Below are positions 36,077 through 64,000 of a stretch of 64,000 nt of DNA, one piece after another; within the stretch, counting starts at the first letter, position 1; each line of letters starts with the position of its first letter. The stretch lies in NCBI GenBank assembly GCA_964106645.2, contig OZ067038.1, one strand, 5' to 3'. The position numbers and the translations under genes were made by a program. A model generated the notes under the pieces. The model made no database searches, was not told the DNA's origin, and was given only the letters and a program-made list of their open reading frames with translations. This DNA is from Podarcis pityusensis (taxonomy: Eukaryota).

Positions 36077-36529
36077 GTTGTGTAGGCTCCTATTTGTTAT
36101 GTGCAAATGGCTTTAGATATCTGTTAGGTCCGACAGCTGGACTTATAAAAGGCCCCATCAAACCTAATAATAATAATTTTTATTTATACCCCGCCCTCCC
36201 CAGCTAAGGCCGGGCTCAGGCCGGCTAACAAGCAATAATAAAAACAAGGTGAATGAATACAACTTAAAAACAAGATTTAAATACAACATTAAAATATTGA
36301 AACATTAAAATATTAAATTGCAACCTAGGGCCTCATCAAACCTAAACCCGGCCCTGCCTAAGGCAGACCCCCCCCAAAATGCCGACACACACACCTCTCC
36401 CCACCAGGGAAGAAGGGGTGAGGGAAGAACTACATCAGGAGCAAGCGGGGGGGGGGGAGAGATCTACATCTGGATCTGCTCCCCCACTGGATCTTGCAGC
36501 CTGAGGCAGTTGCCTCACCTTGTCTCCTT

Positions 36530-37165
36530 TTGTAATTTTTTTATTTGCATTTTTAATACAGAGACAGAAAAGAAAAACAGCACACCCCACAGTCCCTTCC
36601 CTCCACTTTAAGTACAACTTTCATACCAATCTGGACTTACAGCTCAATACCTGGTGACTTCACTTCCACCCTTTTCCTGGTTTCTTTATTTTTCCTATTA
36701 AATCGCATATTCCAAATTTCTAATCTTCTAATTCCTTCCTCCGTTGATTTGTATTAGCTCCTATTCTGCGGGATTTACTGAAGACCTGCTAGGTTATTTA
36801 CTTGTTTATACCGGATCCTAAAATATTCAATAAACATTTTCCAATCCTTCTTATCATCCTTTTCTCTTATCCTATTCGTTATACCTGCCAATTCAGCATA
36901 TTCAAGCATTTTAAACTGCCACTCTTCCTTAGTGGGTACCATATTTGTTCTCCACCTTTGTTCTAATAAGGTTTGTGCTAATAAGGTTCTAGCCACAGTG
37001 TTGGCGTATAATAATAAATTCTTTTGTTTTTTTAGGGACTTCGGTTGTTACCATTCCCAAAAAGAATGCCTCCAGCTTTTGGGGGAAGATTTTTTTGAAT
37101 ATATTTTTTAATTCATTGTAAATTACTTACCAGATTTCCCTGATTACAGGACCACCACATGTGGA
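36530..37165 (-). mobile_element. L1-clade ORF2 C-terminus and 3' UTR remnant
   Basis: HMWWSC...EAFFLG...ARTLLAQ..W...PTKEEW. Confidence 0.78.
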
Positions 37166-37804
37166 AAAAGGATCCCTCTACTTCATCCCCTCCCCACCCC
37201 AACACCTGTGAGAAACCCACAGAAGCAAACACAGTCGCCCTCTGCCCCACTCACCGATTCCCAGCAACAGATATTCAGTGTTTAGCTGTTGTGGCAATCC
37301 CCTTTGGCAGTCCTCAGTCATTGCTAATTACAGGGGGTTTTTCCCCCAGCTGGAACTCACCAGAACTAAGTTCTGGCACCTCTCAGGTGGGCACCATTGC
37401 TGCTGTAAGAGAACAAGGGAAGCGTTTGTGGTGAGTTCCAGCGTCTCTTTTTTCTAGAAAAGTAGGACCGGCTATATCTTGTAGGAACAAATGCCATAGT
37501 TCAGCAGTGTTCCCTGTGTGGGAAAGGTACTATAAAGCCTATAAACATCTTGGGATCTGTTTAGCTGACTACGAGATCTCCTCACCCTATATGTGCCCAC
37601 TCAACCACTTCCATCGACAGAATTGGCACTTTTACAGGTGCCACATAATACCTGCACTGCATCTGTAAGAACTCTGTCGTTTAGTGTGGCGGCACCAACA
37701 TCTTTGAATTCCCTGCCTATTGATATCAGGCATGTGTCTTCACTATATTACTTTCGGTGCCTGCTGAAGATGTTTCTTATTTAGGCAAGCCTACTCAAAT
37801 GTTT

Positions 37805-38134
37805 GGGACGCAGGTGGCACTGTGGTCTAAACCACTGAGCCTCTTGGGCTTGCCGATCAGAAGGTCGGCGGTTCAAATCCCCACGACGGGGTGAGCTCCC
37901 ATTGCTCGGTCCCAGCTCCTGCCAACCTAGCAATAGGTACCGCTCCGGCGGGAAGGTAAAATGCCGTTTCCGTGCGCTGCTCTGGTTCGCCAGAAGCAGC
38001 TTAGTCTTGCTGGCCACATGACCCAGAAGCTGTCTGCAGACAAACGCCGGCTCCCTCAGCCTATAGAGCGAGATGAGCGCACAACCCCAGAGTCGTCCAC
38101 GACTGGACCTAACGGTCAGGGGTACCTTTACCTT
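37805..38134 (+). mobile_element. Sauria SINE nested in an old L2 tail (about 37530-38320)
   Basis: TSD TACTCA(A/G)ATGTTT; (ACCTTT)n tail. Confidence 0.9.
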
Positions 38135-40028
38135 TACTCAGATGTTTAGAAAGTTTTTAGGAGTTTTAATTTGTTTTGGTCTATTCTATTGTAGTTTTAA
38201 CTTCCTCTGTGTTTTAAATTATGGTTGTAAGTCTTTAGTGAAAATTTTGTTGTCTTGTTTTTCTTGTACAAGCTGCTTTAAGGTTTTTTCTGCAATCAAG
38301 CAGTATATAATTTTAATGAAAAAAATAATTTTTGATTGTCCTGAATATTCCAACATTCACTGAGTGGCCTCAGATTCTGCTATTATGAGAGACAGAGAGA
38401 AATCAACCAATCAATCAGTCTCCCTATCCACTTCCTCCGCACCATGTGTAATCTTATATACCTCTATCATGCCCCAAATGTAGCATTTCCTCATGGGGGA
38501 ATTTCTTGTTTGGAGTCCCTTTCTGAAGGAAAGAAGACTGGTGTGTCTGGACTATCTTGAGGGGGCATGAGCTCTGCTTCCACTTCCACTATCACCACTT
38601 TCTTTGCCGAATGGCAAACATTGTATGTGACCTTTTTGTCCACCCTGAGACCGGGCACTTAGTTTATTAGATCACCTTAACCAAAATATGATGATACTTA
38701 GCATTTGTATAGTCCTTGCCAGTGTTTTAAAAACACTTTACATCCTTGAAGTTCACATGTACTATCATCCTTATACCAACCTCAAGGTAAGTCATCATTA
38801 TTATACCTCTGCTACAGCAGAGGGGGAACTGAGACAGAGATAAGAGTGGCTTGCCTAAGGTCACCTGGTGAGTTCTTGGCAGAGGCAAAATTCATACCAG
38901 AGGCTTCACAATTCATAACCATTATTCAACGTTTGGATTTGGTCTCCCCTTACATCTTTTACGAAAGGCTTTTTTATTTATTTAAGAAAGCTGTTCACCC
39001 AGGAGAGGGGGCAGAAGGAGTTGCAGGTGGATTTGGAAAACATAGGAAGCTTCCTTACACAAGGTTAGACTTTTGTTCATCTAGCTCAGCAGTTTCCCAT
39101 GGTCTTTGGCAAAGATCTTTCCTGTCAGCTGCTATTTGATCCCTCTTTTAAAGGTAATGTGGAGTATTGAAACTGGGACTTTCTGCCTACATAGCATGCC
39201 CTGGATTAATGAGCTACAGTCTCTATCCATGCTCCCTAGTGGTCACATCTCCTGTAGCCAGGCCAGCAAAGAGACTTCTTTCTGAGATCCTGGAAAGCTG
39301 CTGCAATTCAGAGGAAACCAGTGAATCACTGGTCTGTCATGGCATCTCATGGCGGTTGTCTCTCCTGGCCCTATTCCAAAAAGTGGGGTAATCCAATTGA
39401 GAAATAGCTTTGCTTACAAGGCTGACTCTGAACTTGTGAGTTGAGCAGGCAGAGAGTCATCAGCATTGTCCCAATTAGGGTTTGCAGCATTCCATGCACA
39501 GGTCTTTTTAAGGCATGTATATGTCATACAGACTTTCCATGATTATTGAAGGAATTAATAACATGCACCTAGCAATCATGTCTGTCAAAAAGAGCTGCCT
39601 TTGCAGACTAAGCTGTCAACCCCAAAATCTTGGGTTCAAAGTTTGCCTCTTCCACAGAATATGTTAATATTGATCTACTGAGATAACGTAATATAAGTGC
39701 TTTGAACACTTAAAGTACTGAGTGCTAATAGTTCCAAGCCTTTCTTACTATTCACCAGACAGTGCTACAAGCTATTTTTAAAAAAAAGTTATTACTATTT
39801 ATTGCTATATTTATATAGCTACCCATCAGCACATGTTCCTGGTACCATTTACAGGGCACAGAGTAAACTGCAATATTAAAACACAAGATAATAATTTAAA
39901 GCATTAATAAAATGTAACATAAAATGTTCATTTTTTGGCAGAGACCTCCCGCCAAAATGCAGTCATTTAGCAGACCAATAAGATAAAACACAAAGTGTAC
40001 AATAAGAGCCCAAATTGAGAGCTGTGTG

Positions 40029-40279
40029 CAATCATACCTTGGGTTACAGACGCTTCAGGTTGCATTTTTTCGGGTTGCGGACCGCTAAAACCCGGAAGTA
40101 CTGGAACAGGTTACTTTCGGGTTTTGGGGGTCGCGGAAGCACTAAATTGCGCTTTGCGCATGCGCAGATGTGCCGAATCACAACCCCACATGCACAGATG
40201 TGCTGCTGCGGATTGCAGACACTGCGGGTTGTGAACGTGCATCCCACACGAATCATGTTCGCAACCCGAGCTTCCACTG
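40029..40279. mobile_element. Tc1/mariner-type MITE (related family)
   Basis: Degenerate TIRs, shares GGGTTACAGACGCTTCAGGTT, ends CCACTG-TA. Confidence 0.7.
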
Positions 40280-40950
40280 TATACTTAGACACTTGGAAGA
40301 AGGCTGAACTGCTTGCTATTTTCTGACAGAACATTGCTAGTGATTGAAGTTGCCTCCCAGTCACCTCTCAGCTTCCCCCTGCCCTCCAAACAAACATTTG
40401 AAGGGGCACTGTGGCTGACCATCCGCATGAGTGTGTTACTGCTCTGGTTTTCACATTTCCTACCTTCTGGGAGGCCTTTCAACAACTATCTCCCTGATAA
40501 GGAATATTGTACACAACTTGCATATTTGCCATGGAACCTCTGTGTCTTGCAGAGGGTTTGGGGAGTTATCTTAGGGTTCACATATAACAGCTGGGCTTAT
40601 GGACTCACACAAATTGAGAATATGCCCTAGAATACTCCCAATATGCACTTTATTGCACATTGCAGGTGGTGGAAACGGGGAGGGAAGCTGTCTTGCAGAA
40701 AAGCTTGACAACCATTATTGATTTTCAGATTGAGGAGGCTCTGGTAAGCTTCCAAGGAATTCCAGGGCTCCTGGGTACATTGCCTGAAAATCTGTATTCT
40801 TTTGCTTCATTCTGAAAGATTGGGGCATTTTTGCTTATGCTAGTGATTTAACAATACACTGTTAATCATACACTTTGACACGTTAATATTTATTGATTTT
40901 GTAATGGAGTGAGCAAAGAACTTTAATGTAAATCTTCTTATATATTATAA

Positions 40951-41487
40951 CAGAGGTCGTCAAACTAAGGCCTGCGGGCTGGATTCGGCCCACCGGGCTC
41001 GTTAATCCGGCCCGCGAACCTTGTGGACCCTGCCACCCGCTCAATAAGTCCCTGTGCTAAACAGGCACAGCACAGAGGCCTCACCGCACGGAGACTGACT
41101 TATTTGATGTGGCATGACTTTTGATTGGCTGCAGGAAGCTCCTGCAGCCAATCAGAAGCCGCAGGTGCCTCTGGGCGCCGCCCCTTCCTTCCTGCTGAGG
41201 CGGCCAAGCAGGAGGAAGCGGTGGCGTCCAGAGGCTGCCCACTAAGGTGGCCAAGCGGAAGTAAGCGGCATCGGCATGGAAGCTGCCTCCACCGCCCAGG
41301 CCAACAGCATGGGCTCCGTGCCCTGCCGAGACAGAGGACACCAACACTGCCGAAGACAAGGCGTGAGTGGCATAGGCAGGGGGCCTTTGGGGAGGGGAAG
41401 TGCTTTCAGGCGGCGGTGGGTCCGGCCCCCCACAAGATCTGAGGGACAGTGGATTGGCCCCCTCCTGAAAAAGTTTGCCAACCCCTG
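40951..41487. mobile_element. hAT non-autonomous element
   Basis: CAGAGGTCGTCAAACT...AGTTTGCCAACCCCTG; 8-bp TSD TATTATA(A/G). Confidence 0.82.
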
Positions 41488-42469
41488 TATTATAGCCTTA
41501 AAAGGGCAATTAAAATGCAGTGTTCCCTTGTGTTATACAGAGAAGGCAGGGATACTGTCCTGTTTAAGCAGGAGCCAGCGAAAGTGAGCACCTGTGGGGT
41601 TTTAATACTTCCTTAACTGATAGGCTTTCTGCCTTCTGGGGTCTAAAGTTTGCATTTGTGTGAGCACTTCAGGAATGGAACAACCTGCTGACACAAATGC
41701 ATAGAGCTTACCAGAGTTTGCATCAGTTTTTGGGAGCTCATCTGGAAAACAAACTGAAGGTTGAAAATTGTCTTTTCCTCATTTCAAAAGCAGACATTGT
41801 GTAAGTAAGTTTGCCATTTCACTTATTTGTTGAATAAGTAAAATGCATTAAAAATGATTGGCAGAAAATTTCTAAGAAAAATTGAGACTGAAATTAGATC
41901 CCATGGGAATAGATTTTTTTGAGTGAAGATGTGGAGATGGAAGAGTTATTACATGTAATTTTTTGCTTAAGCGTAATTGACTAAGGCAAAGCATTTGGCA
42001 TCGTAATAATGGCATGTAGATGAGTGGAATAGAATTCTCAAAGCATACTATGAAACCCTGTTTTTTAAGCATTGAGGGAAAAGCAACAATGATACACCTA
42101 GCCACAGAGCTAGGCAGAAATGTAATTAATATATCTAAAGCAGATACTCATTTCCCAAGTCAAGTTCCAGGAATAACGGTTTACTCAGCAAGTTAAAACA
42201 GTGATTGGCTTTAGTTTGATGCATTGTATGGTGTGCTTGTTCCAGAAGTGATATTTGAGATGCAATCAAGCAAATGGAGGAGTATTGCAGTGAAAAGGGA
42301 TATTGCTGTATTGGGATTTAAGGAAACTGGAGAATTGTGGAGAAATTGCTGAAAATTCAAGGCTGTGAAAGGATATGCTTACACACTGGGACTTGTGGCT
42401 TCCTTTTGAAGGCTACAACAGCACTTTGGAAGTAAGCCCCATGAAAATTGTGGGACTTAACTTCCAAGT

Positions 42470-43900
42470 CTGTTCCATTCTGGCTTCATGCCTGACCATG
42501 GCACTGAGACCACCTTGGTTGAAGACATTTGTCAGGAGAGAGATAGAGGAGTATGAACCTGCTCATTCTCCTTGATCCCTTGCAGCTTTTAATATTGTTG
42601 ATCATGGTGTCCTTCTGGAGCATCTCTAGGATATGGAGATGGGGGGCACTGTGGTTCAACAGTTCCTCTTCTGTCTCCAGACCTGTTTCCAGAAAGTAGC
42701 TTGGGAAGCCACTGTTCAGCATCGTGAGAGCTGTTCTGTGGGGTCCTGCAGGGTTCCACCTTGTTCCCCATGCTATTTAACATCTATAGGAAGCCTTTGG
42801 GAGCTGCCATTGGAATGAAGTGTCATCAATATTTGGATGACACCCAACTCTACCTCTCTGTTCCATCTGAATCTGGAGAGGCAGATGCAGTGTTAGAGTG
42901 GTGCTTGCACACAGTGATGTGTTGGATAGGGGTCAAGAAATTGAAGCTGAATTCTGAAAAGACAGAGATGATATGTGTCCCCAGTTTTCATGTACAGGAG
43001 GTGGGGAGACAACCTTCCTGGATGGCACTGCACTCCCCTGGAAGGAGCAGGTCCACACCTTGGGGGTGCTGTCACTAGAGGCTCAGGTGGCCTCGGTGGC
43101 TAGGCATGCCTTTTCCCAGCTACAGCACCTGTTGGACGCAAATAATGCAAACACTGTATTCTGGTAACTTCCAGGTTGAAATAGTGCAATGCCCTCTACG
43201 TGGTGCTGCTCTTGAAGCTGACTTGGAAAGCTCAACTGGTCCAAAACACAGTAGCCAGATTACTGACTAGGGTTCCATGTAGATCACATGAAGCGCTGTT
43301 TTAAAACAGCTGCATTTGTTGCGAGTTCGTTTTTTGAGCCCAGTGCAAGGTGGGCAAAGTAGTGTTTAAAGCCCCTAACAACTTAGGCTTGAAATATTTG
43401 AAAGACCATCTCCTTCCCTACAGAACTTCTCTGGTGCTAAGAATGGCAGAGGAGTCTCTCTTGGTGGTTCTGTTGCCCTCAGAACCTCAAAGGGGTGGCC
43501 AAGGAGAGGGCATTCATTCTCTATGGCAGGCATAGGCAACCTTTGGCCCTCCAGATGTTTTGGCCTACAACTCCCATGATCCCTAGCCAACAGGACCTGT
43601 GGTCAGGGATGATGGGAATTGTAGTCCAAAACATCTGGAGGGCCGAAGGTTGCCTATGCCTGCTCTATGGCAGCCCCTAAATTGCAAAACTTCCTCCCCA
43701 CCTAGGAGGGTCTGGCAACTTTATTAAACAGCTTTGAGCGAATGCTGAAAGCACACCTCTTTACCCTGGCCTTTGACACCTGAGATGTATCTTTTCAAAA
43801 CCCACCCTTTTTGTGAGTACATATATTAATTTTAAGTTTTAAAACTGTTTTTAATGTACTTTAAATTGTTGTGGCCCACTCTGGGACCTTACAGTGAAGA
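42470..43900 (+). mobile_element. Older L2-clade LINE fragment with RT remnant
   Basis: PMLFNIY...HQYLDDTQLYLS (YADD-equivalent), KLKLNSEKTE; frameshifted. Confidence 0.8.
43527..43662. mobile_element. 136-bp palindromic hAT MITE
   Basis: Perfect TSD CTCTATGG; arms inverted over almost the whole length. Confidence 0.92.
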
Positions 43901-44426
43901 GCAGCAGAATGATAATGCACATATAGGAGTGAGCTGTTTAAGTGCTAAATGATGCCCAGAGTAGTGTCAGATCAAAAAGATGGGGGGAAGGCTAAGGGAC
44001 CTTTGCCCTTGATGACAAACATGTTTGTAAACTGGCTTGGCTTGAGCAAGCTTCTCTGTAAATGCCATGCCTAATTGCTTCAGGAAGGCCTCTGACTTTG
44101 ATTTTGGAATGAGGTTTGTTTTCCGGTAATAAAGCTCTGTTGGGCCTACCAGGTGGATGCTAAATATTAAATCGATGTATTCATATACAGTATTCTTAGA
44201 TTTAAAAATACATGTGTTTGAAAAACTTGAATCCTATTTTGTGTGTTTGCACATAAAAATAATGCTTGACCTATGCAATATTTATAAAACTAGCTACCAA
44301 AGATTAAAGCATACATGGTCTTTTATCTTCTAGACTCCTCCAGGCTGTTTTGAAGTTTCTGGATAAAAAGAAGCTGCAAGTTGCACTTTAAATTATAAAC
44401 AGAAAAGATCCTTCACACTCCTGAAA

Positions 44427-59386
<14,960 letters not shown>

Positions 59387-59694
59387 TTACAGAAGTGCAT
59401 GTTGATTTATCAGTACACATAGAGCACACTTGATTGGTGTTGCCCTAGCCTATCGTCTGCCGCCTCTCCCTAACAACGTACCTCTCTGCTTCTAGCAAGT
59501 TACTTTCAAAGTTGCCCTCCGTTGTCACCAGTGACTTTGGGAATACGTAGTTTGTGTTTGGAAAAAACAGACATTGGCCTAGGACTTCATTTGACTAATT
59601 ACGGGTTAGCAAGATAACCCAATCACCTGGAAAAGAGATGCTTTGTCGACAAGAGGACCCTATTTCACGGAACGCAATATTAAGAAAAACACTG

Positions 59695-59700
59695 ATTAAA
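59695..59700 (+). terminator. Candidate WARS1 polyadenylation signal ATTAAA (a distal AATAAA lies at 61262-61267)
   Basis: First poly(A)-type hexamer about 310 nt after the stop; usage not verifiable. Confidence 0.35.
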
Positions 59701-62210
59701 AAGGTGGTGCAATGCCAGATTCTGCTACCGTGGTAGCCGTGTTAGGCATGTTTTTGCATCTAGGAGCTGTGCCTGTTTCAAAGATAAACTAAACTCTTCC
59801 ATCCAGAATATACATTTGTCTTTGTTTTTTCCTTTTTCGGTTGTTTAGTTACAGTGGACATGATTGCAATTTGGCCTTATCAAAAGCACTGTCCACTTGT
59901 TACAAGCCGGTTGAGAGGGAGCTTGGGACCATCTCATCCAAGTCAAGCTGCTAATTCTGCCCTCACCATCCTGACCAGCGTGATCTCTGCAACAGGAACC
60001 TCTTTCCTGTGAGTGGAGGCTCCCAGTGCAACTTGGAACCTTGATCAGTCAGGGTTGCAAATTGCACAGGCAGCCTCACCCCTTCAGACATTCTACTGAG
60101 CACAATCAGTGGTGATGGTGGAAGCAGGAGGACGAAACTTTTATTTCATAGCTAAAGGTGCAGCCCTGAGCCCCTTTTCAACAAGCGAGTAGTGTGTGAA
60201 CTAAAGACCTGCTGTGTTTCTAACAGCCTGGCGAGTTTCATTTGGGCAGTCATATCTCAGTGGTTCTAAGAACATATGACGGTTGGTTGACGAGTCTTTC
60301 TGCAAATGATACTTGGCTAGTATCTATAAGTTGGCTATACTGGACTTTGGGGGGTTTTGTCAAGCCCAGCAAGCAAATTGTTTCTCATTTTTGCCCTGCA
60401 AAGCAAGGGAAACTAATAATAATAGCTATTATTTCTCAGGGGCAGCATGGACTGCTAAGAGATTATCACAGTAGAGACAGTGTATACAAAGGGCAAAAAA
60501 ACCAAACCTTTCTGATAACTGGGAAGTTAAAAATCGCCAAGCGATGCTGTGACATCAGCAATGTGGCTGCAAGACAAAGGACATCTTTGTTTCTGTGTTT
60601 ATATTGTTGAGATTAAGAGCTGGTTATCTCTCTCTCTGTGTCTCTCTCTTTGTGTGTGTCTCCCTCTCTGTTGTTCATATAATCTTTCAGCATGAATTAG
60701 TCCACAAACTATAACTCTCATTGAGTATTTCCTACACAACAGGTTCTCAGGTTTGTGATGCAAGCAGAAACAAAGCTTCCTGTTTCCATTTTTGTCTTCT
60801 TTAAGTAGTGAGCATTAGATACGGCATGAATCCACAGTTCATTGAAACTCTGCATCAGTAGAGATCTGCTGTGTGGGTTATATGCATCGGACCTGTATTC
60901 CATGCACTGAAAGCACACTGCACCAACCTAGTATTTCTTTGCTAGTTACAATCAAACTAGTTGAAGGTTGAGGTGCCACAACAGGTGAGTGTGGATGGGA
61001 AATTGCAACTGGAGCATTGTGACCTGCCATACGTTCTTGTAGCAAATCATGTTGGTGTGTCTGGTTCATGAGCTTTTGTCTTTTGTTTCGTTTTTGTTAA
61101 CAATGGTGCAGCTAATCAAAGTTTGTTTTTGAAAAGCGCTAAGAAGGGCGACGGTAAATCCAGCCCTGCTCAGACATCTTGCACAGCAGCTTACGAATGC
61201 TGGTGTAAAGGGAATTGTTTATTAATCATGCATAGCAACTGTACAAACTGAAACCATACGCAATAAAAACAGGGAGATCTTGCAGAACAAAGGCTGTTTT
61301 TGCCGTTATTACCTAGTGTATAGACTTGTGCATTTTTGTGTGTGAGCACTCAAAAGATGCAACTATTATCAGATGTTGCACATAAATATAGGCTGGTAGA
61401 AATCACTTTAAATTTGCTTAGGGGACACTTATAATACAATAATACGATACAATAATCTTTATTGTCATTGTCCCATACAGAACAACAAAACTTGTAGTGA
61501 GCTGTTTGTGGAGCAGACGCTATATGCAGCAATATTTGCTAGCTCTTGCAATAGTCCCAGGTCACCGTAAACTCATGGGCCAGATGGACTTGCATGCTCT
61601 TGTTGAGGACTGTACACTTTCTAATTGTATAGTACAGCGGTTCATTAAAGTGCTGGAAACACTTTCCATTGAGCTACACGTTCATGCGGGGGCACAGTTG
61701 GGCTACATCCTTGCCCATTGTGAACTGAGAGCATGACCTCAAACAACCTTAGCTCCCCAGGTCATTGGCCAGGCTAGCTGGGGGTATCTGGAGTCTGAGC
61801 CCAGCAAGGTCTGGGGCCCCAAAGCTGGAGCAGTGCATTTCAGGGAAACTTGTAAGCTGTGCCCCTGCTGTCTTTTTCAGGAAACCTATTTGCTGTTATT
61901 CATCAAAAAACTTTTCATGAGCTTCTGAGTAGCTCCAGGAATTCCCAGTGCACAGCCTGAAAGCCACTGCTGCACAGGAAAGGAATCTCAACAGGAAATG
62001 AGCAGTGAAACCAGATCACATGGCTGAATCAAGAAATTCAGTTCTATCACCTGTGTACTGAAGGAAAATAATGGGTTTTTACCCTAAAATGTGGGTTAGT
62101 TTCCCAGTGTTGTTCTCAGCACTCCTTTAAGAATTGTCATTGTAAGATTTTAATACATTTGAGCTTTAACAAAATAAAATTACTCTCTAAACTCACTATT
62201 TGCAGTTAAT

Positions 62211-62213
<3 letters not shown>

Positions 62214-62274
<61 letters not shown>
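62214..62274. repeat. (TC)n(AC)n microsatellite
   Basis: Read directly. Confidence 0.95.
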
Positions 62275-62277
<3 letters not shown>

Positions 62278-62314
62278 CCATGTATATCTACCTGCCAACT
62301 TAAGATAACGCTTC

Positions 62315-62358
62315 CTGTATCTGAGGATACAGGACTCTAGTCCACGAAAGCTCACGCC
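62315..62358 (+). mobile_element. Penelope-like remnant with degenerate hammerhead core
   Basis: CTGAGGA...GGACT-CT-AGTCC-AC-GAAAGCTCA. Confidence 0.5.
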
Positions 62359-64000
62359 TGCAGCAGACAAATACAGCTTCCCTAATGAAAATTGGGGAGA
62401 GCAGGGTAGAGAATGACAGTTTCACATAATTTAATGTGAACCACCTAGCACGGTTTTTGCAAAGGTTTGCCTAAGGGTAATTCCAATTGCCTGAGCATGC
62501 CGTGATGCTCTTAATCCAGCGTGCCAAATTCCCTTAGTGCTCACAAAAGCCAGTTCCCCTTGCAGAGCTTGTAAAAAAGCACTTGTCTGGGAATGAATGA
62601 GATTGCAATGGCATAAATGGGAGAGCAGAATTAAAAGTGCCGACTTTTCCTTGTCAAGCAAAGCATGTTGTAAATGGAAGGCCATTAATAGTCTTTTATG
62701 CAACATGTGCCTTCCCACTGCAAGCTGCAGTTTTCCAGCAAAGCAATTCTTGGACATGGAATGTTACATGTGGTGTCTTGTTTCTGCCGGTGGCCTTGAG
62801 CTTTTCGTGCCTCTCTGGTGAACAGCTCTATTGTTTGTTCAGTAAAGAGTAATTTGGGGTCAATGAAATGTTTAGAACATCAAACTCTTCCATTGCCCAT
62901 CACTGGCAAATCCAGATCTCTGTGTGTGTCCATTTTTCCTTCTGTCTTTACACTTGCAAGTTTTCAGCTTTAAGCAACTTCAGGCAGCGATATTCATGTG
63001 CATCTGTTTCTAAAGTGAAGCATCCATGTCTGGATATGGAAAACAGATGAACCCAGAATTAAATCAGGGATGGAGAACCTTTTTTCAGCGGGAGGACCAC
63101 ATTCCTTTCTGAGCAGCCATGTAAAGGCCAGCGGTCAGTGATGGGTGGGGTCAGAAGCAAAGGTGAGCAGAGCGGCGTATGTGTGCAATGAATATTAAGT
63201 TATTATTAAATTTATATACCGCCCTTTATCAAGGGACCACAGGGTGGCTTACCTGGGCCCTCAGGTCTTCATCTTGGGCCCTCAGAGCGCCCCTCCAAAG
63301 AACATTCAGCGAATGACAACAAGGGCAGGGCCTTTTCAGTTGTGGCTTCCTATCTGTGGAATGCCTTCCCAAGCTTGGTGCCAGCATCCTTTCCACACCA
63401 GATGAAAGGTAAAATCTCTCTTCTCCCAGGCATCTGAAGGACTGTCATGTTGCTTGATGATACGTCTTGCTTCTGACTTTATTTTTGCTGCTGCTGTTTT
63501 GCTGGGTCTGTTCCATGGGTCTTTGTATGGTTTTTATTGCAATGTGATGTTCTTCTTTTCAGATAATATGTCATGCTTTATGTAAGTTGTTTAGGGACTC
63601 TCTGTGTAGCAAGTGCAATGCAAATTGAATAAATAATAATAATTTCTCAATGCACAGACGGCTTTCTCGAAAGAAATTCGGTTGAGCATTCCGAAAGGAA
63701 AAGACCGCTTTGGAGAGATGATATTGCAGTGAAGCAGCCTTCGGCAACCTGGTGTCCTTCAGATGCAGGGACAGGGAAGCCTCCAGCACAGGGGGCAACT
63801 GTGGCCCTCCAGACCTCTCTGTTTGGCCCTTGAGATTTTCTAGACCACGCCCCTCTCTGGCCACACCCCTCTCCCTAGGCCACACCCCTCACTGGTCCTT
63901 GAGTGTTTTTGCCTGGCTGGAATGTGTCCTTTAATTATAATAATGCCCCTTGAATGTCTGGATGGAAGATAGAGAGGGGTGCACAACTGTGTGTAGAAAC

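Noticed and set aside
42165-42173. GAS motif TTCCAGGAA as an interferon-gamma element for WARS1
   Set aside because: Such short motifs occur frequently by chance, this one is 6.5 kb from the promoter, and no convincing GAS/ISRE was seen in the CpG island.
59387-64000. SLC25A47, the expected convergent neighbour by mammalian synteny
   Set aside because: No mitochondrial-carrier motif (PxDxxKxR) seen; at most 3' UTR could be present, which I cannot support.

Overview
Vertebrate (squamate, most likely lacertid lizard, inferred from the repeat content) nuclear DNA, not prokaryotic. It holds the complete spliced cytosolic tryptophanyl-tRNA synthetase gene WARS1 on + (10 coding exons, 44427-59386, 1422 nt, 473 aa, all introns GT-AG with consistent phase). 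The 5' part of WDR25 lies head-to-head on - (first coding exon 33220-33879, then a large intron running off the left edge). The two genes share a CpG-island promoter at about 35.1-35.8 kb carrying an ATF4/CARE element and an E2F site. The rest is intronic or intergenic and rich in transposable elements: L2-, CR1-, RTE- and L1-clade LINE ends, two SINE families, Tc1/mariner and hAT MITEs, and solo LTRs, several of them nested. The most unusual items are two apparently full-length, TSD-flanked, poly(A)-tailed non-autonomous retroelements with L1-like 5' ends (one with a single intact 194-aa ORF and no ORF2), a ~260-bp unclassified segment present twice with conserved hairpins, and loss of the mini-TrpRS start Met. 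Most ORFs in the supplied track are spurious.
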